Positions 41,790-55,739 of a DNA stretch of 64,000 bases are shown in pieces. A program made the translations under genes and the position numbers. The first letter of the stretch is position 1; every line of letters starts with the position of its first letter. This DNA comes from the human T2T-CHM13v2.0 reference genome, Homo sapiens, in the NCBI RefSeq assembly GCF_009914755.1, contig NC_060926.1; one strand, written 5' to 3'. The notes beneath the pieces were generated by a model. That model worked only from the letters and a program-made list of their open reading frames with translations. It was not told the origin of the DNA and did no database searches.

Positions 41790-41975
41790 GATGTCAGACA
41801 GATCTAACATGGAACTCTGGCTTATAAAGCTACTCTATGAGTTTGAATAAGTTTATTTTCCTCTTCTTCACCTCTATTTTCATTTTAATAATATGAGGAA
41901 GATCTCTATAGTTTTGATATCAGGATTAGAAAAATGCACGAAAAATACATAGCTTAGTGCTTGTTGGAGTACATA
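41790..41975 (+). mobile_element. MIR SINE (degraded)
   Basis: tgtcagacagatct...ctctggct...tttgaataagttt...aggattag...cttagtgcttg. Confidence 0.5.
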
Positions 41976-42344
41976 CTCAGAATCTACAACAGCTGTGATA
42001 AGAATCAGAGATATCTAGAGCATAATGGACAACATTGGGAAGAAATGAATGAAATTATCCTCACTAGAAATGTTGGTAATACTAATGGACCAAAGGACAT
42101 ATACAGTGTTGGAGGTGGATAGGTGATTAAATAGATGATGTATAGGGTTTTTGTTGTTGTTTTGTTTCTGTATCCTGAGAACTGATGAACATTTATTATG
42201 TAGTTGGATACATAGAAAAAGAACACATTAAAAGTAAAATGAAAACAAAGAGCAGTCAATCTATGAAGAAAATTATTTTTCCTCTTACATGTTTTGTAAA
42301 TATTTAGAAAGATGATGATATTTTCTTTTAAAAACAGAAATCTT

Positions 42345-42672
<328 letters not shown>

Positions 42673-43200
42673 ACAAATTTCTTGAAAGGACCGCGTTAGA
42701 AGGTATTAAAAGCATCATTGAGTAGGGAATGGTGTGGAGAGAGATGGGTTAAAATTATCCTGAATATTACAAAAGATTTTTTCTAAATTACCTGAATAGG
42801 CAATTTATTTTATAGTTCAAAAATGAGCTGGTCATCTAGTTGGAATCCTAATTATTTAATACTGAGGATAGAATTATTTGAGCTATGCTGAGAAGATTGT
42901 AAACATTGTTTTCTTTCATATAGCCTTGAGTCAGGTGACATGTAATAGGGCTTACACCATCACTGTCTACTTCCTCTCTTTATAATTAAGAACTTGAGCA
43001 TGTATCTGGAGTAAAGTATATTTCAAGTACAGTCTCTTAAATTATGATTAAACACTACTTGTGGTATTAAAGTTTTCTCAGTTGATTTGTTGCAATTCTG
43101 ATTACATCAAAATAAACTGTCCCACCAAACCCACTGCTATTCAGGAACACAATCTAGGCTCTGCAAATGACCTTCCTCAATGTTGAAGGCTAGTCATTAG

Positions 43201-43572
<372 letters not shown>

Positions 43573-44956
43573 TGGGCTCTCTATTTTTTTATGGTTTCTT
43601 TAAATATTAAAGAAATGTACATTCATAAGGACATATTTTGTATCTCTTTTGGTCATAAGTATATCCTAATAAATATTCATAGTAGGGCACATTAAATCTT
43701 CGTTTAATGTACCTAATCTTCCTTCCCCCGAAACAACTGTTTTGAAGTTAGGCTAAAGTGGTGTAAGTACTGGTGTTGGGGAACATTCATTCTAGATGAC
43801 CTCACCTTTGGGTAGCTGAATACTCAGGCTTTGTGCTGTGTCAGTGAAGGAACCAGCGAAGATGAGGGGTCATACCAGAGCAATGAGTGCTGTAATGTGT
43901 CCATCACTGTGAGTATTGATTACCATTTCCTTTTCTGGATTCCAGGTAAACCTCAGGTTCTCCTCCTGCCTTTTGCTAAGTATATGTCTTGATGACAAGC
44001 CTTCTGCTGATGAGCTGTGTTTCTGGACCGATCATGGTAGAAGTCAATTAACGTGTCCCTCACTTGGGGTTTCTCAAGGGTATGTTACCACAAAGACTCT
44101 CATACACCCTTTTTTCTGATCTCCCTTTCCCATTCTACACTTGTGTGCTGAATCTGTTTAGCATTATAGTTAGTACACTTACACGTCCACTAAAAAGTGG
44201 AAATTAATTTAATTACCAATGAAGTAACAAGAATTTAGTTTGGCAATGGATTTCTTCTATAATCCAAAGCCAAGTTACCTTTCCACTCATGGTTCTAAAG
44301 ATTACTCAACTGTGTAAATCATCTGTGCCACATGGAATAACTCAAAGTAAGTTCTTTCACCCCCTACTCATTCTAAGTACACCAAATAAAACTCTGCCTC
44401 TTTTGGAGAGTTCATACACTGTTCAGAGAAGGCTGTGAGGTATTTATGATATCTAATCCAGAAGGAACTCAAGTGATGTTTGTTTTAGAAATAGAAAGCA
44501 AAGAATGATTATGCTGCAAATATTATCATGAAGACATTTATAAATATATTACAAATGCATGTTTCCCGCCAAATAATTGACAAAACACTATTACTTGCCT
44601 TAAAAATAATGCACAATTAATGAATGCAAGAAATTAAACCTCCGTACCATGATTTTTATATTCAAATAATTTGCTTTTACCTGAAAATGAACATATTTGA
44701 TGAATTACTGTAGAGGTGATGGAATCACTGTATAAACTTACTGCAAAAAGAAGATACTTTTCTCCTTCCATCTTTAACCTCTTAAAAAAATTCCTCTGGT
44801 GCAATGATTATAACATAAAATGAAACACTAATGAAAGCAAAAGAGCAGAAACCTAAACCAAGCAAGTTAATTCAAATATTTGCTTCACTTCAGTAACATA
44901 ACATATCATTTATTGGGTCATGGTTTCACTTATGTAAAATGATGAGCATAGTGAAG

Positions 44957-44993
44957 ATATATGTATGTGTGTATATATATATATACACACACA
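44957..44993. repeat. (TA)/(TG)/(CA) dinucleotide tract
   Basis: direct reading. Confidence 0.75.
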
Positions 44994-46095
44994 ATTATTT
45001 AATATATGTATATACGTACTTATTTAATAAATAATGAGATAAATTTTAAAAATGTTGGAATAAAATAATACATAATGTATTTTAATTATATCTTTTTGGT
45101 TTTTAAATAAAACTGCAGATCTTTCAATATATTTTTTGATGTAAAATGTGAATAGAAATGTTCAAAAGATCATATCTGTATCTCCAGTGTGGGCAAGTTT
45201 CACTACTGGAAATGAGATTGTTGACTGAGAAAAAAAGAATGCTATTTCCCTTTCTGTAAACATATGATGCTGATATTTGATCATTACATTTTATTATTTT
45301 ATAATAAAATAAAAATATTGAGTGATAATGATTTTTGTTATATTTTAAACTGATATATTCAGGTTTCATTCAAAGTAATGCACAAACATATTGCTACCAT
45401 TTTTATTTAAATCCAATCTTTGAGCAGAATATATATATTGTTTTTCAAAGGCATTTGTTAATAGAGAGTAGAAAGACGATGTTATATATTGTTAAAAGTT
45501 TTTCCTAAGCTTGATTTTTAGAAAAGAGGAAGAAGAGAGGAGAAAAAAAAGAAGGAAAACAAACAGAAGAAGAAAATGAAGGCCGTAATTCTGCAACCTT
45601 GTACTACCCATACATTTGCTAATTTTTTTTGTTTCTGTTTCATGTGCTTTCCTCTTTGCTAATGGTCACATGCATTCATTGAACCCTTCAAAACTGCCAC
45701 AAATATGATCTCAAGTTAAAGGAAATTTAAGTGCCTATTGGCTAATGAGTAGGGTTGAATTTTGTATGATGTCGCCATGTGTCTGGTATTCTGATGTGCC
45801 ATAGTGAAATCTGATCCAGGTTGTTGCCTTTTAAATCAACACATTGGACAATGACTGTTATATCCTCAAGGAACAGGAGTGTTAATGGCTAAGTACCACG
45901 GTAATTGCAGCACATACGGATAGAAGTTAGGCCTGGTGGAATTTAGGACTCATGGAATAGTGCTTTTAATAGGACTTAAAGTACAACTTGGAATATGGGA
46001 AGAACATATTCTATATTGTACATTGCAAATAATTAGGGATAAAGAGTATCATACTGCCGAACCCATTTTATCTTTAATTTTTTTTTTAAATTTTT

Positions 46096-46272
46096 TACAA
46101 AAAATTAGCCGGGTGTGGTGGCGGGCGCCTGTAGTCTCAGCTACTCAGAGACTGAGGCAGGAGAATGGCGTGAACCCGGGAGGAGGAGCTTGCAGTAAGC
46201 GGAGATCGCGCCACTGCACTACAGCCTGGGTGACAGAGTGAGACTCCGTCTCAAAAAAAAAAAAAAAAAAAA
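46096..46272 (+). mobile_element. AluY, 5'-truncated (right monomer)
   Basis: ggagaatggcgtgaacccgggagg..ggagcttgcag; many CpGs retained. Confidence 0.93.
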
Positions 46273-46779
46273 ATTGTAATTTTTATGGGTATATAGTAGA
46301 TGTATATATTTCTGGGGTATATGAGATATTTTCATACAGGCATGCAATGCATAACAATTACATCAGGATAAATGGGGTATTTATCACCTCGAGCATTTAT
46401 CATTTTCTGTGTTACAAATATTCCAGTTATACTCTTTTAGTTATTTTTATATGTACAATAAGTTATTGTTGATTGTAGTCTCCCTGTTTTGCTATCAAAT
46501 ATTAGATCTTATTTATTCTAAGTGGTTTTTTTTGTACCCATTGACTGTACCCATTCTCCTCACCCCCCGTCTCCGACTATCTTTCCCAGCCTCTGCTAAC
46601 CATAATTCTACTCTCTATGTCCAAGAGTTCAATTGTTTTAATTTCTAGCTCCTACAAGTTAAGAACATGCGAAGTTTGTTTTCTGTGCCTGGCTTATTTC
46701 ACTTATCATGTCTTCTACTTTTATCCATGTTGTTACAAATAATAGAATCTCATTCCTTTTTTTTTTTTTGGTTGAATAG

Positions 46780-47123
<344 letters not shown>

Positions 47124-48289
47124 TGTATTTTCTTTATCCATTTGCCTGTTGATGGACACTTAGGTTGTTTCTAAATCTTGGCTATTTTGAGTAGTGCTGC
47201 AATAAACATGGGAGTGCAGATATCTCTTTGATGCACTAATTTCCTTTCTTTTGGGGTATATATCTAGCAGTGGGATTGCTGGATCATGTGGTAGTTTTAT
47301 TTTTAGTTTTTTGAGAACCTTCTGTACTGTTCTCTATGGTGGCTGTTGTAATTTGGATTCCCACCAACAGTGTATGAGAGTTCCATTTCTCCACATCCTT
47401 GCCAGTATTCATTATTGTCTGTCTTTTGGATCAAAGCCATTTTACCTTGAGTGAGATGATATCTTCTTGTTTTGATTTGCGTTTCTCTGATGATCAATGA
47501 GGTTGAGCACCTTTTCATGTATCTTTTTGCCATTTGTATGTCTTCTTCTGAAAACTCTCTTTTCAAATCTTTTGCCCATATTTAAATAGGATTATTATAA
47601 TTTTTTCCTATTGAGTTGTTTGAGCTCCCTATATATTCTGATTATTAATCCCTGGTCAGACGGATAGTTTGCAGACATTTTCTCCCATTCTATGGATTGT
47701 CTCTTTTTGTTGATTGTTTCCATTGCTGTGCATAAGATTTTTAACTTGATGTGATCCCATTTGTCTATTTTTGCTTTGGTTGCCTGTGCTTGTGAAGTAT
47801 TACTTAAGAAATTTTTTCCCAATCCAATGTCCTAGAGAGTTTCTCCAGTGTTTTCTTTTCATAGTTTCCTAGTTTATGATTTCAGATTAAGTCTTTTAAT
47901 CCATCTTGATTTGATTTATGTAGATGGGAAAATAGGGGTCTTAGTTTCATTCTTCTGCATATGGATATCCACTTTTCCCAGTATCATTCATTGAAGAGAC
48001 TGTCCTTCCCCAATGTATTTCTTGGCGTATTTGTTGAAAATGAGTTTGTTGTAGTTGTATGGATTTATTTCTGGTTTCTCTATTCTGTTCCATTGGTGCT
48101 CAGCCCTTTTTCTTATAAATAAATGCCTTAAAACCCATCAAACGAAAAAGAAACCCTTTAAGTGTATACAACTATCTATCAACCATATAAGGAGCATAGC
48201 TGGAGAGGAAAACAAATCATGACACAATCCCTCTCCACAAAAGGTTTACAGTTTACTAGGGAAAAAGAAGAAAAAAATAAACTCTCTGC

Positions 48290-48326
<37 letters not shown>

Positions 48327-48425
48327 AAATATATGATATATATATGTGTGTACATATATGTATGTACATAAATATGTGTGTATATATATGTATATATGTA
48401 TATGTACATCTCTCTATATACAATA
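48290..48425. repeat. Compound (CT)n-(TA)n-(TATG) microsatellite
   Basis: direct reading. Confidence 0.9.
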
Positions 48426-48482
48426 CACACATGTAAAATCAGTTTATGTGATATGATATAGGCAATACGTTTTATTAGAACT

Positions 48483-48558
48483 TAACATTGAATCATGTGC
48501 AGTGAAATACAGGTGATCCCTAACATTAAATCATGTGCATTGAAATGCAGATGATCCC
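48483..48558. repeat. 38-bp tandem duplication spanning the MER47A end
   Basis: 48483-48520 vs 48521-48558, 4 mismatches. Confidence 0.9.
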
Positions 48559-48874
48559 TAATTTATGATGATTTGACACACCATTTTTCAACTTTATGAT
48601 GGTGCAAAAGCCATATACATCTAGTAGAAATCATAATTCGGTACAGTATTCAATATATTTCATAAGATATTCAATACTTTATTATAAAATAGGCTTCGTG
48701 TTATATTATTTTGGCCAACTGTAGGCTAATGCTCATGTTCTGAGCACATTTAAAATAGGGTAGGCTATGATGTTAGGTAGACTAGCTGTATTAAATGCAT
48801 TTTAAACTTATGCTATTTTCAATTTATTATGGGTTTTTTGGGACATAGCCCTATTGTAAGTCAAGGAGCAACTG
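48548..48874 (-). mobile_element. MER47A (TcMar-Tigger)
   Basis: ends cagatgatccct / gtaagtcaaggagcaactg; reverse complement of the 49968-50360 copy. Confidence 0.88.
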
Positions 48875-49749
48875 CAGTTCTGTTGAAGAGGTAGATTTGC
48901 AACCAGATCTTTGGAGAGGAATAGAATTCAAATAGGAGAAAGAGGAAGAGAAGGAAAGTAATAAACATTACTATCGGAGCACCACCAATACAGTATAAAA
49001 TAGAGCCATAGGCCTTTTTGGAAAAGGATGAAGCATAGATCTGGCCATGATTACCTATGGAACTATGCTTGGCAGGAGGGTAACAGGGAGGATTTATGCT
49101 GGTGGAATTAAGAGGGATAAAGACAGAATTCTGAAAAAAACATCCCTGAATACACTCTAGCCCTTGATCAGGAATAATAGGTATAGATCCTACTCTGTTT
49201 TCCCATCTTTTTAGTACGGGAAGGCAAAGTAATATTTTCCTATCCAAGAACAACTGCATTCACATTTAAAAGTGCTTCTTGTTTAGGTATCATCTTACCT
49301 TTATGAGATTTCACATCGTTATGATAGATTTTGGATAATGAAGTTAGGAAAAGAGATGTCATTTTAAAGTAGAAGTGTTTATGTCAGTCAGCGCTGCACG
49401 TACTGTATTATTACATGTGTATAACAAAGTTCTCAGTAGCAACTGTAACAGTTCAGGTTGCTATTCATAGATACATTCACTTTATTTCACCAGCTTTTAG
49501 CTTTCTTCAAATGTTTACATGAAGGTGGGGTAGGAGACAGGAGAATAATGTGGCTGTGATTATGAGGCTTTCTGCAACATAATAAACCAAAACAGTAATG
49601 CAGAAATGATTTGAAAACAAATCCCTGGGTTTAAACCTACGCACCAGAAGAAAGAAGAGGGTCTGGTGATCTGAAAACAAAAATACCCAGCATAGAAATA
49701 TAGACCACAGACATATCCCCTAAAGCAAAGAACTCAAGAGGACATTTGC

Positions 49750-49940
49750 TTGGTGGTTACAGCTTTGGAGCCAAACGGCCTGGATGTAGATCCTGGGGTC
49801 ATCATTTGCTATCTGTGCAACTTGGGAAAATTGCTTCACTTCTACAGGCCCCAATTTTCCCATCATAACCTGCCTCATAAAGTTGAAATGAGGGATGAAA
49901 GAGTTACCATTTGTTAAAATCTGAGAACAGTGCTCAGCAG
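49750..49940 (+). mobile_element. MIR SINE
   Basis: gctttggagccaaacggcctgg...ctgtgcaacttgggaaaattgcttcacttc...acctgcctcataaagttg. Confidence 0.8.
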
Positions 49941-49967
49941 GTGTCACTCAAATAGTGGGAGCATGTA

Positions 49968-50360
49968 CAGATGCTCCTTGACTTACGATGGGGTTATGCA
50001 CCAATAGACCCATTGTGAGTTGAAAATATGGTAAGTCAAAATGCACTTAATAACACCTAATGTACCACCTAATGTATCACAGCTTAACCTAGTCTACCTT
50101 AAACCTGCTCAGAACACTTACATTAGCTTGCAGTTAAACAAAATTATCTAACACAAAGCCTATTTTATAATAAAGTGTTGAATATCTCATGTAATTTTAA
50201 AAATACTGAGCTGAAGGTGAAAAATTGAATGATTATATGGTACTTAAAGTATGTGTATCACAAAAGTGATGCATGTTCAGTAGAAATGAATGTGTAAAGT
50301 CATAGAAATCATAAAGTCGAAAAATTATGCATCAAACCATCATACATATGGGACTGTCTG
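49968..50360 (+). mobile_element. MER47A (TcMar-Tigger), full length
   Basis: cagatgctccttgacttacgatggggtta ... gggactgtctg; TA TSD at 49966-67 and 50361-62. Confidence 0.92.
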
Positions 50361-50636
50361 TAATGTATCATCCAAAGCAGAACACTTTTAATAGAAAAAG
50401 GGGGTGCTAAAAGCATTAAAGTTTATATGATATTTTGAAATGTTTATTTATTGATCACAAAAGGTCTATGTATAAACTAATATTAGCTTATTCAAAAAAT
50501 ATTTTCAAAAGGAAAACTTTTTAAATATAATATATATTCATAACCATTAAAACAAAATATTTTATTTATTGAATATTATGAAGAAATAAAAATAGAACAA
50601 TCATTTCTGGTATATTTTCATGAACCTTAGTCCATT

Positions 50637-50935
50637 TTCTTTTTTAAACTTTTATTTTAGTCTCTCTCTGTCACTCAGGCTGGAGTGCAATCACACAATC
50701 ATGGCTCATTGCAGCCTCAAACTCTTGGGCTCAAGCAATCCTCGCTCTTCAGCCTCTAAGCAGCTGGGACTATAAGCATGCACCACCACGCCTGGCTAAG
50801 TTGTTTTATTATTTTTGTACAGACAAGGTCTTATTATGTTGCCCAGACTAGTCTCCAACTCCTGGCCTCAAGTGATCTCCCTGTCTCAGCCTCCCAAAGT
50901 GCTGGGATTAAAGGTGTGAGCTACCATGCCTGGCT
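50637..50935 (-). mobile_element. AluJ
   Basis: atcatggctcattgcagcctcaaactcttgggctcaagcaatcctc...cctcccaaagtgctgggatt. Confidence 0.92.
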
Positions 50936-51034
50936 AATTATTTTTTTGTTTGTTTGTTTGTGTCTGTGTCTAATATTGTGTTACTGGTTTTGGTCCCTAA
51001 AACAAAAAAACTCTGTTTCTCTGTGTTTTTATTT

Positions 51035-51152
51035 TTAATCTTTTTGAAACAACTTTATTAGGGTATAATTTATGTGCCCTAAAATTTACCCATTTTAGTA
51101 TACAAATTAATGTTTTTAAATAGATTTACAAAGTCGTGCTAACATCTTCATA
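51035..51152 (-). mobile_element. Short old L1 3' end (L1MB/ME-like)
   Basis: aacaactttattagggtataattt...aaaatttacccattttag...agatttacaaagtcgtgc. Confidence 0.6.
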
Positions 51153-51509
51153 AAGGCTTTCATTTTTTTAAGTTTTTCATAAAATTGCCTGCAAAGTTCT
51201 TCCAAGTTTCTTTTCATGGTTAGTTAACTTGAACATATTAATACCTTTAACTGACTCTTCTTTATGGGCCATAATATTTTAAATGAGGAAATTATCAGTT
51301 AACAGGTAATGAAGTGCTTGGTAAGTAGAATTTAGTAGCAAATTCTGCTAAAGAGTGGATATTCTGACTTCTAATTTTCTTAAGTATAAAAATATGCACA
51401 TAAAAGCAGGACAAAGAGTGAGTAGTGAATTGTGGGGTTGGCAGGCAGGATGTAGTATTAAAGTAGTGTCAATTTTAAAAATCAAGTAACACATAACCAC
51501 TAAACTGGT

Positions 51510-51600
51510 TCTATGCCAGCATCAGTTTATAACACTGTAATGCCACATATCTAATTTTAAATTTTTTAGTAGCCACATTAAAAATATAAAATTAAGCAAA
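51510..51600 (+). mobile_element. MER33-like hAT MITE fragment
   Basis: gccacatatctaattttaaattttttagtagccacattaaaaa. Confidence 0.55.
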
Positions 51601-52965
51601 AAATAGTAAAAATATGAATGTGATTCCACCTAAATATTTTCACAGGTACTGACTTTTTGCTTCATTTGCATTCACTTTTGCCAATGCATAACTATTTTTA
51701 TAAGATGCCACTTTTCAGGAAAACAAAGTTGTCATGATTAAATTTTCAAGATCTTTTACAGGACAATTTTAGAATTTAAAAGGTAAATATTGAACACTAT
51801 TTGAGCATTCATTGTTTAAATTTCTCAGTTTTCCCTTTGTCATTACAAGTATAAATTTTAATTCTTTTTTGTTTGCGAGGCTTGTTTTTCATTATCCTAT
51901 ATTACAAAACTGATCATTCAAAATGACAATTTCTGGGGCCTCATTTAAAAAAATACTTTAGGGAGGACTTCCAAATGATTACTAAGAGTAATATAAAATT
52001 ATAAAAGTTTTAATACTATTTTAGAATATTTAGGTTTTCTTATAAAGCAGCTTTTCAAAGGCTCAAACATTTTTAAAATCGATTTGTTGATGGACAATGA
52101 AAAAAATTTATTGCTATTTTTTATATAAAATTATCGTTACTCATCTGCTTCATCCAAAAAATTCTGTATTTTAGTTAGTCCTGAGGTGTAGAAATTTTTA
52201 AAAATTATAAATTCTGACTACAGATACTTCTATTTCAATTGGAGATTTTCATAGTTTGGAAACAAAATTATAAATTATGTATGCAACCTAGCCAATTCAA
52301 GTGTATTTCTGTTCCAAATGTTTCTTAATTTAGTAAGAGTATTTTTTAAATGATAATTTCCTTTACCAATATTTATATTTATGTTATAATTACAGAACAA
52401 TTTTATTTTTAATTTTAACTTTTAATTTTAATTTTTAATTTTGATTCATTTTAGCAAAGCGAACTACTCTAAACTTCCCTTTGATTTTATAAATTGGATG
52501 AAAATACTGATTATGGGAATTAACTTGTCCTTTTGAAGGATCTTTCTTCATATATATACATACATAATATTTTCCTACTGTAGTGCTTGTTGAATTTATT
52601 ACCCATGTACTATATTTAAGGCATTCTAAAAATGCTTGTCCCAAAGGCAGTCAAAGATGGCTTTTTAGAGGATGCAATGCCTAAGCTAAGTCTTTTTTTG
52701 TTTCTCTGAAGGATCTAATCAAAAGAATACAAAACTACCATCATTTCACCATTTACAAAGTTCTTCTGTTAATAGAGCCAATACATCAGCAGATATCATT
52801 TCCACTTTTGTATGTACATAAGAAAATTTGGTCTGAAACCTGAGCAAAATTAATGAAAAATATTAATTTGAACTAAATGGAAATCATTGCTTTTATAATG
52901 ATATGCAAACCTGTCTTCTTTAGTTATATTTGTTAAATTTTTGTCTTTGGCACAGTCATCTATGA

Positions 52966-53022
52966 ACTGACTCTGTCTCAAAAAAAAAAAGAAAAAAAAG
53001 AAAAGAAAGAATGAAAAAAAAA
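52966..53022 (+). mobile_element. Extremely truncated Alu 3' end plus A-rich tail
   Basis: gactctgtctcaaaaaaaaaaagaaaaaaaag. Confidence 0.6.
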
Positions 53023-53188
53023 ACTAGGACATGGCTAACAGGAATGGGGACAAAGAATGTAAGTTTGGCATCCCCAAGCAAATCTGATAATATAATCCCC
53101 CCTACATAAAAGTCACTATTTTTTCTTACTGTCTGTGCATAGATTAACTGAAACATGCATGGGTCAATCTAAGGAAAGAAAGAGCACA

Positions 53189-53506
53189 GTCTGGGTGTGG
53201 TAGCACACGCCTGTAATCCCAGCACTTTGGGAGGCTGAGGTGAGACAAGAGGATTTCTTGAACCCAGGAGTTTGAGACCAGCCTGGGCAACATAGGATGA
53301 CCCCATCTCTTAAAAAAAAAAAAAAAAAAGAAAAAGAAAAAAAGAAATTATCCGGGCATGTTAGTGTGGCCCTGTGGTTCTATGTACTCGATGGGGTGAG
53401 GTGGGAGAATCACTTTAGCCTGGAGGCTGAGGCTGCAGTGAGCTATGATCACACCACTGTACTCCAGCCTGGGTGACAGAGCAAGACTACCTAGACAAAA
53501 GAAAAA
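53189..53506 (+). mobile_element. AluJ, full length, expanded mid-A region
   Basis: gaggctgcagtgagctatgatcacaccactg; imperfect TSD aaagaaagagcaca / aaagaatgatcaca. Confidence 0.94.
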
Positions 53507-54134
53507 AGAATGATCACAAATTACATTAATCATGCATGCATTTTCATGTAACATATTTTAATGCTGGTTTGCCTGTGTGTGGGCAAATACCAAATTTGGG
53601 GCTGGCATGACTCTCTCCACATAGTCTAACCTGTCTCCTTCCCTAGCCACTTACTCTTCTTCATTCCATTAGCTGAGAATGCAATTAAGCATTAAGTCTG
53701 AATATTTTGTGGTTTTTAAGCATGCCTATTTAGAAGAGACCTAAGAGCTCTACCTTTTTGCTATCTGATGCTACATATAGGGGAAAACAAGCAGATGTTG
53801 CTGACAGTGTCAATTAAGGAGTTAATAAGCAAGGAAAGTCCGTCTGTGGCAAATCTGGGTTGAACATCATAGGATCACATTAAGTAATATTTGTTGAGCA
53901 CTGCTATAAATGAGGCATTATCCAGTTGTTCTGATACAGTGGCCCTGGGTCAGTCCTGTCATCTCTTCAACTGCATTTTCTCTTCTCTTAGACATGCAAG
54001 GTCCTCATGATTGTCTCAAAACTATATAGAATTGAGAAGGTGAGCAGACATGAGTACATTTAGAGAAAAACATGGCTTGGTCCTAATAAATGTTTAGTGA
54101 GCTTGACCATTAATATCTTTAACATTTTTTTCTT

Positions 54135-54275
54135 TCTTTTTATTCCCAGCTGCACTGATGAGGAAACTGAAACAGAAAATCCAGAGTAAATTCCACCAGG
54201 CCACACAGCAAGGTCTGATAGAGCCAGGAGAGACTTTATGAAATCCAGACTCTCACACTAATGCTCTATCAGCTA
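54135..54275 (-). mobile_element. MIR SINE
   Basis: gatgaggaaactgaaacagaaa...aggccacacagcaag...agagccagga. Confidence 0.7.
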
Positions 54276-55687
54276 GACCTCCATGTGAGTCTCCCCAATG
54301 TAGGTAGGAAGTGCTTTCCCTAAAATGCTCATAAAGCAAATCAGAGCAATGCTGCATTCCATGTGATTTCTAATTTGAAATGCAAACAATTGCCAATTTG
54401 TTTGACTTGTATTTATAATTATTTCCTTGTGAATTACTCATCACTAAATGCTTTATAAATATTTTCTCTTTTTTTCCTCAATGTCTATGGAATGATCACA
54501 GCATAGAAAATGTTGGCTTTCAAGGATTTATTAATATCTCCTTTTGAAATAACATGTATTTGTAAGACAGAATAAAATCACTTTAAAGAAACAAATCTTG
54601 AATTTGATTTCCCGTTCAGACAATGACTTATTTGATGTCCTTAATAAGATGAACTACATAGTGACTTTTATTTAAAGGATCCATTATATAAGAAGTAGAA
54701 AAGTAAATATGCACACTTAGATGAGCACGGCCTTGCCAACAGCTCCTTCTGATAGATTTTTAGACTTTACTAAGTTTGTGTAAGCCGAAGGCATCACACT
54801 GTATGCATTACTGAATCTAATTTCACTTTTGCCAATAACAAAAAAAAACAAGCTAGTGGCATAATATGGCAGTATGCATCATATGCTTACCATAATCTCA
54901 AAATTTAACTCTTTGTAAAGAACTGAGCCAATTATTTCTGTCTTTTTGAGCATGAAACCTAATTTAAAGCATTTTTCTAGATGATAAAATAAATACTCCT
55001 TTACTCAGAAACTTAACAAATCCAGAATAGAATACAGAACTCAGTAGCTAGATTCAGAATATTGTTCGTACTATTTGCTTGGAATCACATCAATATCACG
55101 TGATTTTCAAGGAAGAAAAATAAACAGTAGTTCCCCGCTTTTTTGGTCCTGGTTGCTCCCAACTGGCAATAGCGTATGTGTGTTTTAGTCTGTGCTTTGC
55201 AAAACTTGATGTGAATTCAAACCAGCACAAATATTAAAAAGTGCAATTTCCACTTTTGAAAACAAAATTTAGAAATTGTTAAATATTAGCAATTTGTTTA
55301 AGCAAGGGAGGAAAAGGAACCATTAGAAGAAATTCAGAGGCATTAAAAGGGTCACAAGGATTGACTTATGAGATCAAACAAACAAAAAAAAACACACAAT
55401 GCTAGATCTGTTGCTGGACAAAACCATGGTAAGCCAAAGCTCTAATAGTGATATATACAGTCTGGGGAAAGCAACTTCACATTTTGGTGTAATTGAGGGA
55501 GGAAAATGACCCAGTTCTACTTGCTAATAATAAGTATCATTAGGTAAAGGATATAGTAATTGAAAGGCAACTCCTCAGATTTAAATATTATTTAAAGTAT
55601 CTTTAAGCAAGTAGGTAAGTATAGCAACAATCAAAAATGCTTATTCAACTCAATTCCTACTTTCCCTTCCCAAATCTTAAAATTGAT

Positions 55688-55739
55688 AAAAAACAAACAC
55701 ACAAACAAAAACAAAACAAAACAAAACAAAAACAAAAAC
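55688..55739. repeat. (CAAAA)n simple repeat
   Basis: direct reading. Confidence 0.85.

Larger units (their letters stand above)
49953..52955 (-). mobile_element. hAT BLACKJACK-type DNA transposon with degraded transposase, interrupted by MER47A, AluJ, L1 and MER33-like pieces
   Basis: MER94-like terminus split by MER47A; minus-strand peptides FAYH..FPFSSN, FSYVHTKVEMISADVLALL, YFHPIYKIK, PIEIEVSVVRIY, QNFLDEAD, ILKMFEPLKS, LAEFA..LPSTSLPV, CRQFYEKLK. Confidence 0.75.

Noticed and set aside
43925-43952. Polypyrimidine-AG|GT recursive-splice-like sites (also ~19125 on +, ~44680 on -)
   Set aside because: Weak donor halves, present on both strands, expected by chance; no host gene established.
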